DNA from: Candidatus Shapirobacteria bacterium
GTDB lineage: Bacteria > Patescibacteriota > Microgenomatia > UBA12405
DNA length: 24,000 bases
NCBI GenBank assembly: GCA_028709405.1
Contig: JAQVXB010000001.1
Coordinates: forward strand, 661-24,660
Direction: 5' to 3'
Part shown: positions 1-8,116 of the stretch, piece by piece
Layout of the letters: each line of letters starts with the position of its first letter
Position numbering within the stretch: the first letter of the stretch is position 1
Notes under the pieces: generated by a model
Database searches by the model: none
Told to the model about the DNA's origin: nothing
The model's input: the letters and a program-made list of their open reading frames with translations, nothing else
Program-made: the position numbers and the translations under genes

Positions 1-129
1 AAATCATCCCTTCCTTGGGGTAAAAATCCCGCTTCTTTAATCATTGTTTCCACTAGTAGCGGTGTTATGTCTCAAAAAGAGGCAAAATTTAAAGGTCTTG
101 GTGGAGAAATTATTGCCGAAATTTGGTAA
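1..129 (+). CDS. rpsH: 30S ribosomal protein S8, C-terminal fragment (gene starts upstream of window)
   Basis: Frame 1 is open from the window edge. It translates to ...SLIIVSTSSGVMSQKEAKFKGLGGEIIAEIW*, the conserved S8 C-terminus. It lies directly upstream of rplF, as in spc operons. Confidence 0.8.
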   Translation, partial: KSSLPWGKNPASLIIVSTSSGVMSQKEAKFKGLGGEIIAEIW

Positions 130-135
130 ACCTTT

Positions 136-675
136 ATGTCAAGAATAGGAAAACAATTAATTAATATTCCAACCGGAGTTTCTGTTGTTGTTAATCAAAA
201 AGAAGTTACCGTTACCGGTCCAAAAGGCGAACTAAAATTAAATTTTGCTCCAAAAATTAATGTTGAAGTTAAAGATAATCAAGTTTTTGTTACCCGCGTT
301 TCTGAAGATAAAAAAACCAAATCAAACCACGGTACAGTTAGAGCTCATATTAATAATATGATTAAAGGGGTTGTTGAACCTTGGAAAAAAGAAATGGAAA
401 TAAAAGGTACTGGTTATAAAGTTGCTTTAATGGGGAATAAAGTCAGATTAAACGTCGGTTTTATTCACCCTGTTGATGTTACTGCTCCAACTGGAGTTGT
501 TTTTGAAGTTCCAGAAGATACTAAAATTATAATTACTGGCCCAGATAGAACAGTTGTTGGTCAGGTTGCCAGCAATATTCGAAAAATCAGACCACCCGAA
601 CCTTACAAAGGTAAAGGTATTAGATATGCTGATGAATTTATTAAACTTAAAGCAGGTAAAAAAGCTAAAGCCTAA
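136..675 (+). CDS. rplF: 50S ribosomal protein L6
   Basis: 179 aa starting MSRIGKQLINIP..GV, with the C-terminal PEPYKGKGIRY motif typical of L6. Operon position is S8-L6-L18. Confidence 0.95.
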   Translation: MSRIGKQLINIPTGVSVVVNQKEVTVTGPKGELKLNFAPKINVEVKDNQVFVTRVSEDKKTKSNHGTVRAHINNMIKGVVEPWKKEMEIKGTGYKVALMGNKVRLNVGFIHPVDVTAPTGVVFEVPEDTKIIITGPDRTVVGQVASNIRKIRPPEPYKGKGIRYADEFIKLKAGKKAKA

Positions 676-683
676 AAAATAAT

Positions 684-1028
684 ATGATCACCCATAATTC
701 AAAACAACGTCGTCAAAATCGAGTTAGAGCTAAATTAGCCCTAAATTCAGGTGTTCCTCGATTAACTGTCTTTAGAAGTAATCAACATCTTTGGGCTCAA
801 ATTATCGATGATAAACACGGTAAAACTCTCGTCGCTGCTTCTACTAAAGCTTTAAAATTAGACAAGGGTACAAAAACTGAAAAAGCTATCGCTGTTGGCG
901 CCCAAATTGCTACTCTTGCTTTAGAAAAGAAAATTATTAAAGTTAGATTCGATCGTGGTCTTTACCGTTATCATGGTCGAGTTAAAGCTCTTGCCGATGG
1001 AGCTCGTTCCAAAGGTTTAGTTTTTTAA
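684..1028 (+). CDS. rplR: 50S ribosomal protein L18
   Basis: 114 aa with RLTVFRSNQHLWAQIID and FDRGLYRYHGRVKALADGARSKGL, which are L18 hallmarks. Synteny agrees. Confidence 0.95.
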   Translation: MITHNSKQRRQNRVRAKLALNSGVPRLTVFRSNQHLWAQIIDDKHGKTLVAASTKALKLDKGTKTEKAIAVGAQIATLALEKKIIKVRFDRGLYRYHGRVKALADGARSKGLVF

Positions 1029-1032
1029 AAAT

Positions 1033-1500
1033 ATGAATCCAAATCAACAATATCAAAAATATGAAAAACCAGTCAGCGAGTTCGTTGATAAGGTTGTCAA
1101 AATTAAAAGAGTATCTAAAAAAACCAAAGGTGGAAATCAAATTCACTTTACTGCCTTAGTTGTTTCCGGTGATAAAAAAAATCGAGTTGGTGTTGGCTTA
1201 GGTAAAGCTAAAAGTGTTGCTGACGCTATTCAAAAGGGTATTAAAAAAGCCCAAAAAAGTTTAATTAATGTTCCTATTGTCGATGGTACTATCTCTGGTT
1301 CTGTTACTTTAAAATTCAAAGGTGCTATTGTTATGATTCGACCAGGTAAAAAAGGAAGTGGTCTTATTGCTGGTGGTCCAGTCAGATCAGTTGTTGAATT
1401 AGCTGGTATTCAAGACATCGTCAGTAAAATTATTGGCTCTAAAAACAAATCAATTAATGTTTGGGCAGCTCTTAAAGCTCTCTCTATTCTAAAAAAATAA
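1033..1500 (+). CDS. rpsE: 30S ribosomal protein S5
   Basis: 155 aa with VVKIKRVSKKTKGG..F.ALVVSGD..GRVGVGLGKA and GSGLIAGGPVRSV.ELAGI, which are S5 motifs. Synteny agrees. Confidence 0.95.
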   Translation: MNPNQQYQKYEKPVSEFVDKVVKIKRVSKKTKGGNQIHFTALVVSGDKKNRVGVGLGKAKSVADAIQKGIKKAQKSLINVPIVDGTISGSVTLKFKGAIVMIRPGKKGSGLIAGGPVRSVVELAGIQDIVSKIIGSKNKSINVWAALKALSILKK

Positions 1501-1501
1501 T

Positions 1502-1951
1502 ATGGAAATTTTAACTAAATTAACTAAAATTACTCAAAAACCAGCCCGTCGTTGCGGTCGTGGTATTGGTTCAGGCCTAGGTGGTCATACTTCTGGTCGT
1601 GGCGCCAAGGGTGATAAAGCTCGAGGTTCAACTGCTTTAACTTTTGCTGGTACTAAACATAAAAAATCTTGGATTAAAAGACTTCCTTTTTTAAGAGGTA
1701 AACATCGTCTTCAAAGTCAAAAAAATGTCATTAATGTTAATTTAAATCAGATTGAAAAATGGTTTAAGGCTAACGATATTGTTGATACTACTTCAATTGC
1801 TAAAAAAGCTAATTTTTCTCTAAAGAACTTTAATTCTGCTTTTAAAATTTTAGCTACTGGTAATCTTACTAAATCTCTAAAATTTAAAAACCTCTCTTTC
1901 TCAAAAGAGGCCAAAAACAAAATTATTGCTGCGGGTGGTAATATAGAGTAA
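1502..1951 (+). CDS. rplO: 50S ribosomal protein L15
   Basis: 149 aa with RRCGRGIGSGLGGHTSGRGAKGDKARG, the glycine/arginine-rich L15 N-terminus. It starts 1 nt after the rpsE stop. Confidence 0.9.
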   Translation: MEILTKLTKITQKPARRCGRGIGSGLGGHTSGRGAKGDKARGSTALTFAGTKHKKSWIKRLPFLRGKHRLQSQKNVINVNLNQIEKWFKANDIVDTTSIAKKANFSLKNFNSAFKILATGNLTKSLKFKNLSFSKEAKNKIIAAGGNIE

Positions 1952-3231
1952 TGAATCTGATAGCTAAGTCACTTCTGCTATATGTTGAGGGTTTAAAAAC
2001 CCCTATTTTTAGAAAAAAATTAACAGTTACTCTTTTGCTTTTAATTTTTTTTCGTCTAATTGCCCACATCCCAGTTCCTGGTATTAATCTTGATTTATTA
2101 AAACAATTTTTTTCTCAAAACCAACTATTATCTCTTTTAGATATTTTTTCTGGTGGTACTCTTGCTAATTTTTCTATTGCTGCTCTTGGTTTATCTCCTT
2201 ACATCAGTGCTTCAGTTATGATGCAGCTTTTAGCTTTAGTCGTTCCTCAAATTGAAGAACTTCAAAAAGAAGGGGAATATGGCCGAGCCAAGATTAATCA
2301 ATATACTCGTATTGCCACTATCCCTTTTGCTATTATCAACAGCATTGGTATGTTCACTATCCTAAAATCTCAAAATATTATTACTACTTTTACTCCCTTA
2401 ACCATTGCTGGTTTGGTTTTTAGTATGTTGGCTGGTACCATGATCATGATTTTCTTAGGTGAGATGATCAATTTATACGGTGTTGGAAATGGTATCTCTA
2501 TGCTTATTTTTGCCGGTATTATCTCTCGTTTACCAATCAGCTTTATTCAAACTTTCAGTATTACCGATTTTTCTAATCCTCAAAATACCTTAAACCTTAT
2601 CATCCTTGCCGCTATGGCTTTTGTCTTAATCTTCTGTATAGTCTTAGTCGAAGAAGCTATTCTTCGTGTTCCCATAAATTATGCTAAACGTGGTCAATCA
2701 ACCTATCTTCCCATAAAAATTAATACAGCTGGAGTTATGCCAATAATTTTTGCTGTTTCTCTTGCTACTGTACCTTCATTATTTGGACAGTTTTTAGGAA
2801 AAGTTTCCAATAGTTTTATTGCCAATACCGCCAATACTATTTCTTATATTTTTAGAACCGATGGTTATCTCTATATGGCTTTTTATTTTATATTAGTTAT
2901 GGGTTTTACTTTTTTCTACACTTCAGTTATTTTTAAACCAAAAGAAATTGCCGAGGAATTAAGAAAATCAGGTGGTTTTATCCCTGGCATTCGTCCTGGT
3001 ATTTCCACTGAAAAACGCCTCAAATATCTAATTAATCGAGTTATTGTCATTGGTTCCGTCTTTTTAGGTCTTATTGCTGTTTCTCCATCTATTGTTCAAA
3101 AAATTACCGGTATTACCACTTTAACTATTGGTGGAACTAGTGTTCTTATCGTTGTTTCTGTAATTATTGAATTAACTCGCAAATTAGAAAATGTCGTTCA
3201 AATGCAAAATTACGACAAATTAAGTTATTAA
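1951..3231 (+). CDS. secY: Preprotein translocase subunit SecY
   Basis: 426 aa polytopic membrane protein with SIFALGLSPYISASVMMQLL-like and GGFIPGIRPG motifs. Its ATG overlaps the rplO stop by 1 nt. Confidence 0.95.
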   Translation: MNLIAKSLLLYVEGLKTPIFRKKLTVTLLLLIFFRLIAHIPVPGINLDLLKQFFSQNQLLSLLDIFSGGTLANFSIAALGLSPYISASVMMQLLALVVPQIEELQKEGEYGRAKINQYTRIATIPFAIINSIGMFTILKSQNIITTFTPLTIAGLVFSMLAGTMIMIFLGEMINLYGVGNGISMLIFAGIISRLPISFIQTFSITDFSNPQNTLNLIILAAMAFVLIFCIVLVEEAILRVPINYAKRGQSTYLPIKINTAGVMPIIFAVSLATVPSLFGQFLGKVSNSFIANTANTISYIFRTDGYLYMAFYFILVMGFTFFYTSVIFKPKEIAEELRKSGGFIPGIRPGISTEKRLKYLINRVIVIGSVFLGLIAVSPSIVQKITGITTLTIGGTSVLIVVSVIIELTRKLENVVQMQNYDKLSY

Positions 3232-3286
3232 TTTAATAAATTTAAAACTAGCGTACTAACGCTCCAAAGTTCTAAAGATCTAAAAT

Positions 3287-3874
3287 ATGGCTCTAAATCT
3301 ATTTATAATCGGACCATCAGGCTGTGGTAAATCCACTCAAGCCAAACTTATCGCCGAAAAATACGGCCTTACTCATTTATCTACCGGCCAACTTCTTCGA
3401 GACGAGATTTCTTCTTCATCAGAACTTGGATTAAAAGCTAAATCATATATTGATGCTGGTAACTTAGTTCCAGATGAAATAGTCTTTGAGATTTTAACTT
3501 CAAATTTTGCCAAACTTAATAATCAAGATTTTATTGTCGACGGTTTCCCTCGAATGCTTAGTCAAGGCCAATTTATTGAAAATTATTTATCATCCCAAAA
3601 TCAACCACTGGATTTAATTATCCATTTAGATGTTTCTTTTGAAGAAATTCAAGCTCGTCGTGCTAAAATGGGTGTCGATTTTCAAGATAAAAACCGAACC
3701 GACAATACCCCCGAAGCCATGGCCGCCCGTCAAAAATTCTATGATGATAATAATGATCTAATTATGAATTATTTTCAATCAAAAAATCTTTTATTCCGTA
3801 CCGATGGTAATCGCCCTATTGAACCAATTTTTAATGATATCTGTCAAAAAATTAATAGTTTACCTCAAAATTAA
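3287..3874 (+). CDS. adk: Adenylate kinase (Cys-free, short LID form)
   Basis: 195 aa with P-loop IIGPSGCGKSTQA, then LSTGQLLR and VDGFPR motifs. It occupies the canonical position after secY. Confidence 0.9.
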   Translation: MALNLFIIGPSGCGKSTQAKLIAEKYGLTHLSTGQLLRDEISSSSELGLKAKSYIDAGNLVPDEIVFEILTSNFAKLNNQDFIVDGFPRMLSQGQFIENYLSSQNQPLDLIIHLDVSFEEIQARRAKMGVDFQDKNRTDNTPEAMAARQKFYDDNNDLIMNYFQSKNLLFRTDGNRPIEPIFNDICQKINSLPQN

Positions 3875-3883
3875 TTCATTTTA

Positions 3884-4087
3884 ATGAAAGAACCAACCGT
3901 CAAAGGTCAAATAACCGAAGTCTTGCCTAATTCCCTTTATCGGGTTAAACTCGAAAATGGCAATGACATTATTGCTCATTTAGCCGGCAAATTACGAATG
4001 CACCACATTCGAGTTTTAGCTGGAGACAATGTTTCTCTCGTCCTTAGTCCTGAAGGAGAAAAGGGTAGAATTGTCTATCGCATATAA
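3884..4087 (+). CDS. infA: Translation initiation factor IF-1
   Basis: 67 aa S1-like OB protein: G.ITEVLPNSLYRVKLENGNDIIAHLAGKLRMHHIRVLAGDNV...GRIVYR. Confidence 0.9.
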   Translation: MKEPTVKGQITEVLPNSLYRVKLENGNDIIAHLAGKLRMHHIRVLAGDNVSLVLSPEGEKGRIVYRI

Positions 4088-4101
4088 ATTAAATTTACTC
4101 T

Positions 4102-4130
4102 TTGATATTGTCGGCTTTTTAGGTTACAAT
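4102..4130 (+). promoter_or_regulatory. Candidate sigma70-type internal promoter for rpmJ-rpsM-rpsK-rpsD-rpoA-rplQ
   Basis: TTGATA (4102-4107), a 17-nt spacer, then TACAAT (4125-4130), 14 nt upstream of the rpmJ ATG. It sits in the only sizeable gap of this part of the cluster. Motif match only, and the genome is AT-rich. Confidence 0.35.
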
Positions 4131-4144
4131 ATCCAAGTTCCTAT

Positions 4145-4258
4145 ATGAAAGTAAAATCTAGTATTAAACGTCGATGTAAAAACTGTAAGATAGTTCTCCG
4201 AAGAGGAGTTCGACGTGTTATTTGTTCTACCAAAAGACATACCCAAAAACAGGGTTAA
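4145..4258 (+). CDS. rpmJ: 50S ribosomal protein L36 (Zn-binding C-x2-C-x12-C-x4-H form)
   Basis: Not in the ORF track because it is under 60 aa. My manual translation is [37 protein letters not shown], a textbook L36 located between infA and rpsM. Confidence 0.9.
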   Translation: MKVKSSIKRRCKNCKIVLRRGVRRVICSTKRHTQKQG

Positions 4259-4266
4259 TTTTAAAT

Positions 4267-4686
4267 ATGAGAATTGTTGGCGTTGAAATTCCAGATAATG
4301 AAAGAGCTGAAATAGGTTTGACTCGTTTTTTTGGTATTGGTCGAACCAATGTTAAAGATTTAGCCAAGAAAGCCAAAATCGACTTAAATACTAGAATAAA
4401 AGATCTTTCTCGTGACGACGTTTCTAATTTAATGAAAGCTTTGGAAAATTTTAAAGTTGAAGGTGATCTTAAAAAAGAAATTAGAGAAAATATTGATCGT
4501 TTAAAAGCTATTAAAGCTTATCGTGGTATTCGTCACATTGTCAGCCTTCCAGTTCGAGGTCAAAGAACTAAAACAAATTCTCGTACCAGAAAAGGTAAAA
4601 AGAAAACTGTTGGATCATTAACCAAAGAGGCTTGGGCAAAGATTGAAACTGCTCAAAAAGCTGCTAGTAATAATACTAATAAATAA
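4267..4686 (+). CDS. rpsM: 30S ribosomal protein S13
   Basis: The track ORF 4222-4686 overlaps rpmJ. The in-frame ATG at 4267 gives MRIVGVEIP..., the canonical S13 N-terminus (MARIAGV.lP), and removes the overlap. Confidence 0.9.
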   Translation: MRIVGVEIPDNERAEIGLTRFFGIGRTNVKDLAKKAKIDLNTRIKDLSRDDVSNLMKALENFKVEGDLKKEIRENIDRLKAIKAYRGIRHIVSLPVRGQRTKTNSRTRKGKKKTVGSLTKEAWAKIETAQKAASNNTNK

Positions 4687-4697
4687 TTAATCTAAAA

Positions 4698-5105
4698 ATG
4701 GCCCAAAATAACACTCAAACAAATAATACTGTCACTAAAAAGAAAACTTTTAAAAATATTGCTGAAGGTCGACTTTATATTCAATCAACTTTTAATAATA
4801 CTATTGTCACAATTACTGATACTAAAGGTAAAACTATCTCTTGGTCTAGTTCTGGAAATTGTGGTTTCAAAGGTGCTAGAAAATCTACTCCTTATGCCGC
4901 TACCACTGCCATCGAAAAGACTCTAGAAGAAGCCAAAAAACACGGTGTTAAAAAATTAGCAGTTTATTTAAAAGGTCCAGGTTCCGGTCGAGATGCCGCC
5001 CTTAGATATCTTCGCACCAAAAGAGATTTTGATGTCGATATGATCTCTGATGTCACCCCTATCCCTCACAATGGTCCCAGACCTCCAAAACAACGTCGAG
5101 TATAA
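4698..5105 (+). CDS. rpsK: 30S ribosomal protein S11
   Basis: 135 aa with [18 protein letters not shown]......[16 protein letters not shown] and TPIPHNG.RPPK.RR. Confidence 0.95.
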   Translation: MAQNNTQTNNTVTKKKTFKNIAEGRLYIQSTFNNTIVTITDTKGKTISWSSSGNCGFKGARKSTPYAATTAIEKTLEEAKKHGVKKLAVYLKGPGSGRDAALRYLRTKRDFDVDMISDVTPIPHNGPRPPKQRRV

Positions 5106-5145
5106 CTTTATGAACTTTATAACTTTTAACTTTATAAACTAATCT

Positions 5146-5778
5146 ATGTCAAGAATTACTTTAAATTCCAAATGTCGACTTTGTCGAGCTGCTGGATCAA
5201 AATTATATTTAAAAGGTCTTCGTTGTAATTCTTCGAAGTGTCCAATTGAAAAAAAAGGTGCCGTTAAACCAGGTATGCACGGTGTTAAAAGTGGTAGTAA
5301 ACCTACTGATTATGGTATTCAGCTTCGAGCAAAACAAAAAGCCAAAAGAATTTATGGTGTTCAAGAAACTCAATTTAAAAATTACTATCTCAAAGCCAAA
5401 AATCTTAAAGGTTTGGTCGGTGATAATTTAATGATCCTTCTTGAAAAACGTCTAGATAATGTTCTTTATAAATCAGGTTTAGTTTTATCTAGATCTTTAG
5501 CTAAACAACTAACTAGCCATAAACATGTTTTAGTTAACGATAAAAAACTCAACATTTCTTCTTATGAAACTAAAATAGGCGATATCATCAGTTTTGATCA
5601 AAAAACCATCAATACCTACAAAGATATCCTCCCAGCCATGGAAAACGATTTTAAAGCCCCTATGTGGCTTGATTTAAACAAAAAAAACCTTACTGTCAAA
5701 GTCATTTCTACTCCAACCAGAGAAGAAGTGGTCGGCGACATTGATGTCAATTTAATAATTGAATATTATTCAAGATAA
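5146..5778 (+). CDS. rpsD: 30S ribosomal protein S4 (N-terminal Cys cluster)
   Basis: 210 aa. The N-terminus carries CRLCR...C....KC. YG.QLR.KQK..R.YGV.E.QF and an S4 RNA-binding domain are present. Confidence 0.95.
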   Translation: MSRITLNSKCRLCRAAGSKLYLKGLRCNSSKCPIEKKGAVKPGMHGVKSGSKPTDYGIQLRAKQKAKRIYGVQETQFKNYYLKAKNLKGLVGDNLMILLEKRLDNVLYKSGLVLSRSLAKQLTSHKHVLVNDKKLNISSYETKIGDIISFDQKTINTYKDILPAMENDFKAPMWLDLNKKNLTVKVISTPTREEVVGDIDVNLIIEYYSR

Positions 5779-5796
5779 TAAAAAAAGGAGCCAAAA

Positions 5797-6714
5797 ATGA
5801 TCGAAACAAATAAGTTTAATATCAAAACCGTAAAAACAGAAGAAAGATACGGTAAATTCGAACTTAGTCCATTAGTTGGTGGCTTTGGTCACACTCTTGG
5901 CAATAGCTTACGTCGAGTTTTGTTAATCACTATCCCTGGTGCTGCTATCACCAAAATTAGAATTGATGGTGCTAACCATCTTTTTACTACTTTGCCTGGG
6001 GTTAAAGAAGATTTAGTCGAAATTTCCTTAAATCTTAAAAAGATTAAATTTGAATATAATCAAAACGATCCTATCGTTTTAGAGTTAGAAAAGAAAGGTC
6101 CTGGTGTTGTCACTGCTGGTGATATTGCCGATACTGAATTGTGTAAAGTTTCCAATCCAGAACAAGTAATTGCCACCCTTGCTGACAATAAATCATCCCT
6201 AAAAATTTCTTTGACAGTTGAAAGGGGAGTTGGTTATACCTTAGCCAAAGAACAAAAAACCGATGTTGTTGGTGAAATTATCCTTGACGCCGCTTTTACT
6301 CCTGTAATTAAGACCAATTACACTGTTGAGCCTACTCGTTTGGGTAAAAAATCAAATTACGACAAATTAACCATGGAAATCTGGACTGATGGTTCAGTTG
6401 ATCCTCTTCACGCCCTTAAAATGGCCGCTAAAGATTTAATTAGCTCTTTTAGTCAAATTGTCGACCCAAAAGAATTTGAAGAAGAAGTCATAACTCTATT
6501 AGCTTCTCCAAACCTTCATGGTAGCGATATCTCTGTTGAAGAAATCGAACTTCCTTTAAGAGTTACTAATGCTCTCAAAAAAGCCGGTTATCCCACCATT
6601 GACGCTTTAATTAAAGCTGGTCGTTTAGATGTTAGCAAGGCTAAAAATGTCGGCGAAAAATCATTAAAAGTTATTGATGCCTGGTTAAAAGAAAGAGGCT
6701 TCACTTGGAAATAA
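5797..6714 (+). CDS. rpoA: DNA-directed RNA polymerase subunit alpha
   Basis: 305 aa with GKFELSPL..GFGHTLGNSLRRVLL and a C-terminal domain containing IEELELPLRVTNALKKAG. AGGAG at 5786-5790 lies 6 nt before the ATG. Confidence 0.95.
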   Translation: MIETNKFNIKTVKTEERYGKFELSPLVGGFGHTLGNSLRRVLLITIPGAAITKIRIDGANHLFTTLPGVKEDLVEISLNLKKIKFEYNQNDPIVLELEKKGPGVVTAGDIADTELCKVSNPEQVIATLADNKSSLKISLTVERGVGYTLAKEQKTDVVGEIILDAAFTPVIKTNYTVEPTRLGKKSNYDKLTMEIWTDGSVDPLHALKMAAKDLISSFSQIVDPKEFEEEVITLLASPNLHGSDISVEEIELPLRVTNALKKAGYPTIDALIKAGRLDVSKAKNVGEKSLKVIDAWLKERGFTWK

Positions 6715-6717
6715 ACT

Positions 6718-7167
6718 ATGAGACACCGAATGGTAGGTAAAAAATTAGGACGCAACTTTAACGAAAGAAAAGCATTGTTAAAGTCTTTAACCAAAGCTAT
6801 GTTTACTCATGGTTCAATTGAGACTACCGAAGCTAAGGTTAAAGCTATCATTCCCATGGTCGAAGCTTTAGCTAATACTATTGTTAGTAAAGAAGAATTA
6901 ACTGCCAAAAGAGAATTATTTAAAGTTCTTCAAGATCAACATTGGGTTAACCGTGTTGTTACTAATTTTAAATCTGTTTTTGGTGATCAAAAATCAAATT
7001 TTACTACTATTACTAAAGTTAAGCGACGTTTCGGTGATGATGCCTTAATTGTTAAACTTAGCTTTGTTAAAGCAGTTAATTTTAAACCAGAAATAATTAA
7101 AATTGATAAAAAAGCCAAAAAAGAAGTTACTAAAAAGGTCAAACCAGTTAAAAAGGAGTCAAAATAA
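6718..7167 (+). CDS. rplQ: 50S ribosomal protein L17 (Lys-rich C-terminal tail)
   Basis: 149 aa starting MRHRMVGKKLGRN.NERKALLKSL....F.HGSIETT..KAK. Confidence 0.9.
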   Translation: MRHRMVGKKLGRNFNERKALLKSLTKAMFTHGSIETTEAKVKAIIPMVEALANTIVSKEELTAKRELFKVLQDQHWVNRVVTNFKSVFGDQKSNFTTITKVKRRFGDDALIVKLSFVKAVNFKPEIIKIDKKAKKEVTKKVKPVKKESK

Positions 7168-7583
7168 TGAAAACCACAGTCTTAAAAGGTAATAGTGTTG
7201 AAAGAAAATGGCATCTAATAGATCTAAAAGGCAAAACTCTTGGTCGAGTTTGTACTGAGATTGCCACTCTTTTAATGGGCAAAGATAAATTGACTTTTTC
7301 TTATCATCGAGATGATGGTGATTATGTTGTTGCTATCAATGCCGCTGACATTGTTACTACTGGTCGTAAATTAAAGCAAAAAATATATTATCATCACACC
7401 GCTTGGTCCGGTCACTTAAAAGAACTTACCCTTGGTGAATTATTAAGAAAAGATGCTCGAAAAGTCATTACTCACGGCGTTTATGGTATGTTGCCCAAAA
7501 ATAAATTAAGAGATATTAGAATGACTCGATTAAAAGTTTTTATTGGTGAAGAACACAAGTTCGCTGATAAGTTTACTAAATAA
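7167..7583 (+). CDS. rplM: 50S ribosomal protein L13
   Basis: 138 aa with W.LIDLKGKTLGR....IA..LMGK, YYHHT.W.G and GMLPKN.L. It overlaps the rplQ stop in a TAATG junction. AGGAG lies at 7154-7158. Confidence 0.95.
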   Translation: MKTTVLKGNSVERKWHLIDLKGKTLGRVCTEIATLLMGKDKLTFSYHRDDGDYVVAINAADIVTTGRKLKQKIYYHHTAWSGHLKELTLGELLRKDARKVITHGVYGMLPKNKLRDIRMTRLKVFIGEEHKFADKFTK

Positions 7584-7587
7584 AATT

Positions 7588-7998
7588 ATGGTAAAAAAAA
7601 CTAATTCAAATACATATACCTATGCCATTGGCAGAAGAAAATCAGCCATTGCCACAGTCAAATTATTTGCTGGTAAAGGTGACTCTACTGTCAATAAAAT
7701 TGCCATCGATAAATATTTTCCTGGGTTAACTGCAAAAATTGCTTATGACCGACCATTTTTAATAACCGATACTGTTGGTAAATATCATTTCCAAAGCAAG
7801 ATTATTGGTGGTGGTAAAGCTGGTCAAGTTGAAGCTCTTAGTTTAGCTCTTTGTCGAAGCTTGGTTAAAATTAATGAATCTTTTAAAGCCATTATTAAAC
7901 CAACTGGTTTATTAACCGTTGATTCTCGAGTTAAAGAAAGAAGAATGGTTGGAACTGGTGGTAAATCCCGACGTCAAAAGCAATCTCCAAAGCGTTAA
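7588..7998 (+). CDS. rpsI: 30S ribosomal protein S9
   Basis: The track ORF starts at 7543, inside rplM. The in-frame ATG at 7588 lies just after the rplM stop. The protein has GRRKSAIA.V.L..G.G and the C-terminal GGKSRRQKQSPKR, an S9 hallmark. Confidence 0.9.
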   Translation: MVKKTNSNTYTYAIGRRKSAIATVKLFAGKGDSTVNKIAIDKYFPGLTAKIAYDRPFLITDTVGKYHFQSKIIGGGKAGQVEALSLALCRSLVKINESFKAIIKPTGLLTVDSRVKERRMVGTGGKSRRQKQSPKR

Positions 7999-8015
7999 TC
8001 TAGATTTTATTTCCC

Positions 8016-8088
8016 AAAAAAAAGCGGTCAAAGACGAAGAAAAAATAAAACTACTTGTGTAGTCAATTTTTTCGTCATCCCGACCGCT
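8016..8088 (-). terminator. Candidate intrinsic terminator of the minus-strand small-ORF cassette
   Basis: Long imperfect hairpin. The outer stem is AGCGGTC (8023-8029) with GACCGCT (8082-8088). The middle stem is GACGAA with TTCGTC. The tip is ACTAC-TTGT-GTAGT. On the minus strand it is followed directly by a T8 run (A8 at 8016-8023 on plus). Confidence 0.4.
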
Positions 8089-8116
8089 AATTCTTTACAA
8101 CCCATACTGTAATATT

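Noticed and set aside
5246-5431. 61-aa + strand ORF inside rpsD in another frame
   Set aside because: It lies entirely within the well-supported S4 gene and has a low-complexity K/V/L-rich product. It is a frame shadow in AT-rich DNA.
6588-6794. 68-aa minus-strand ORF across the rpoA/rplQ junction
   Set aside because: It is antisense to two conserved genes, with no SD or family resemblance.
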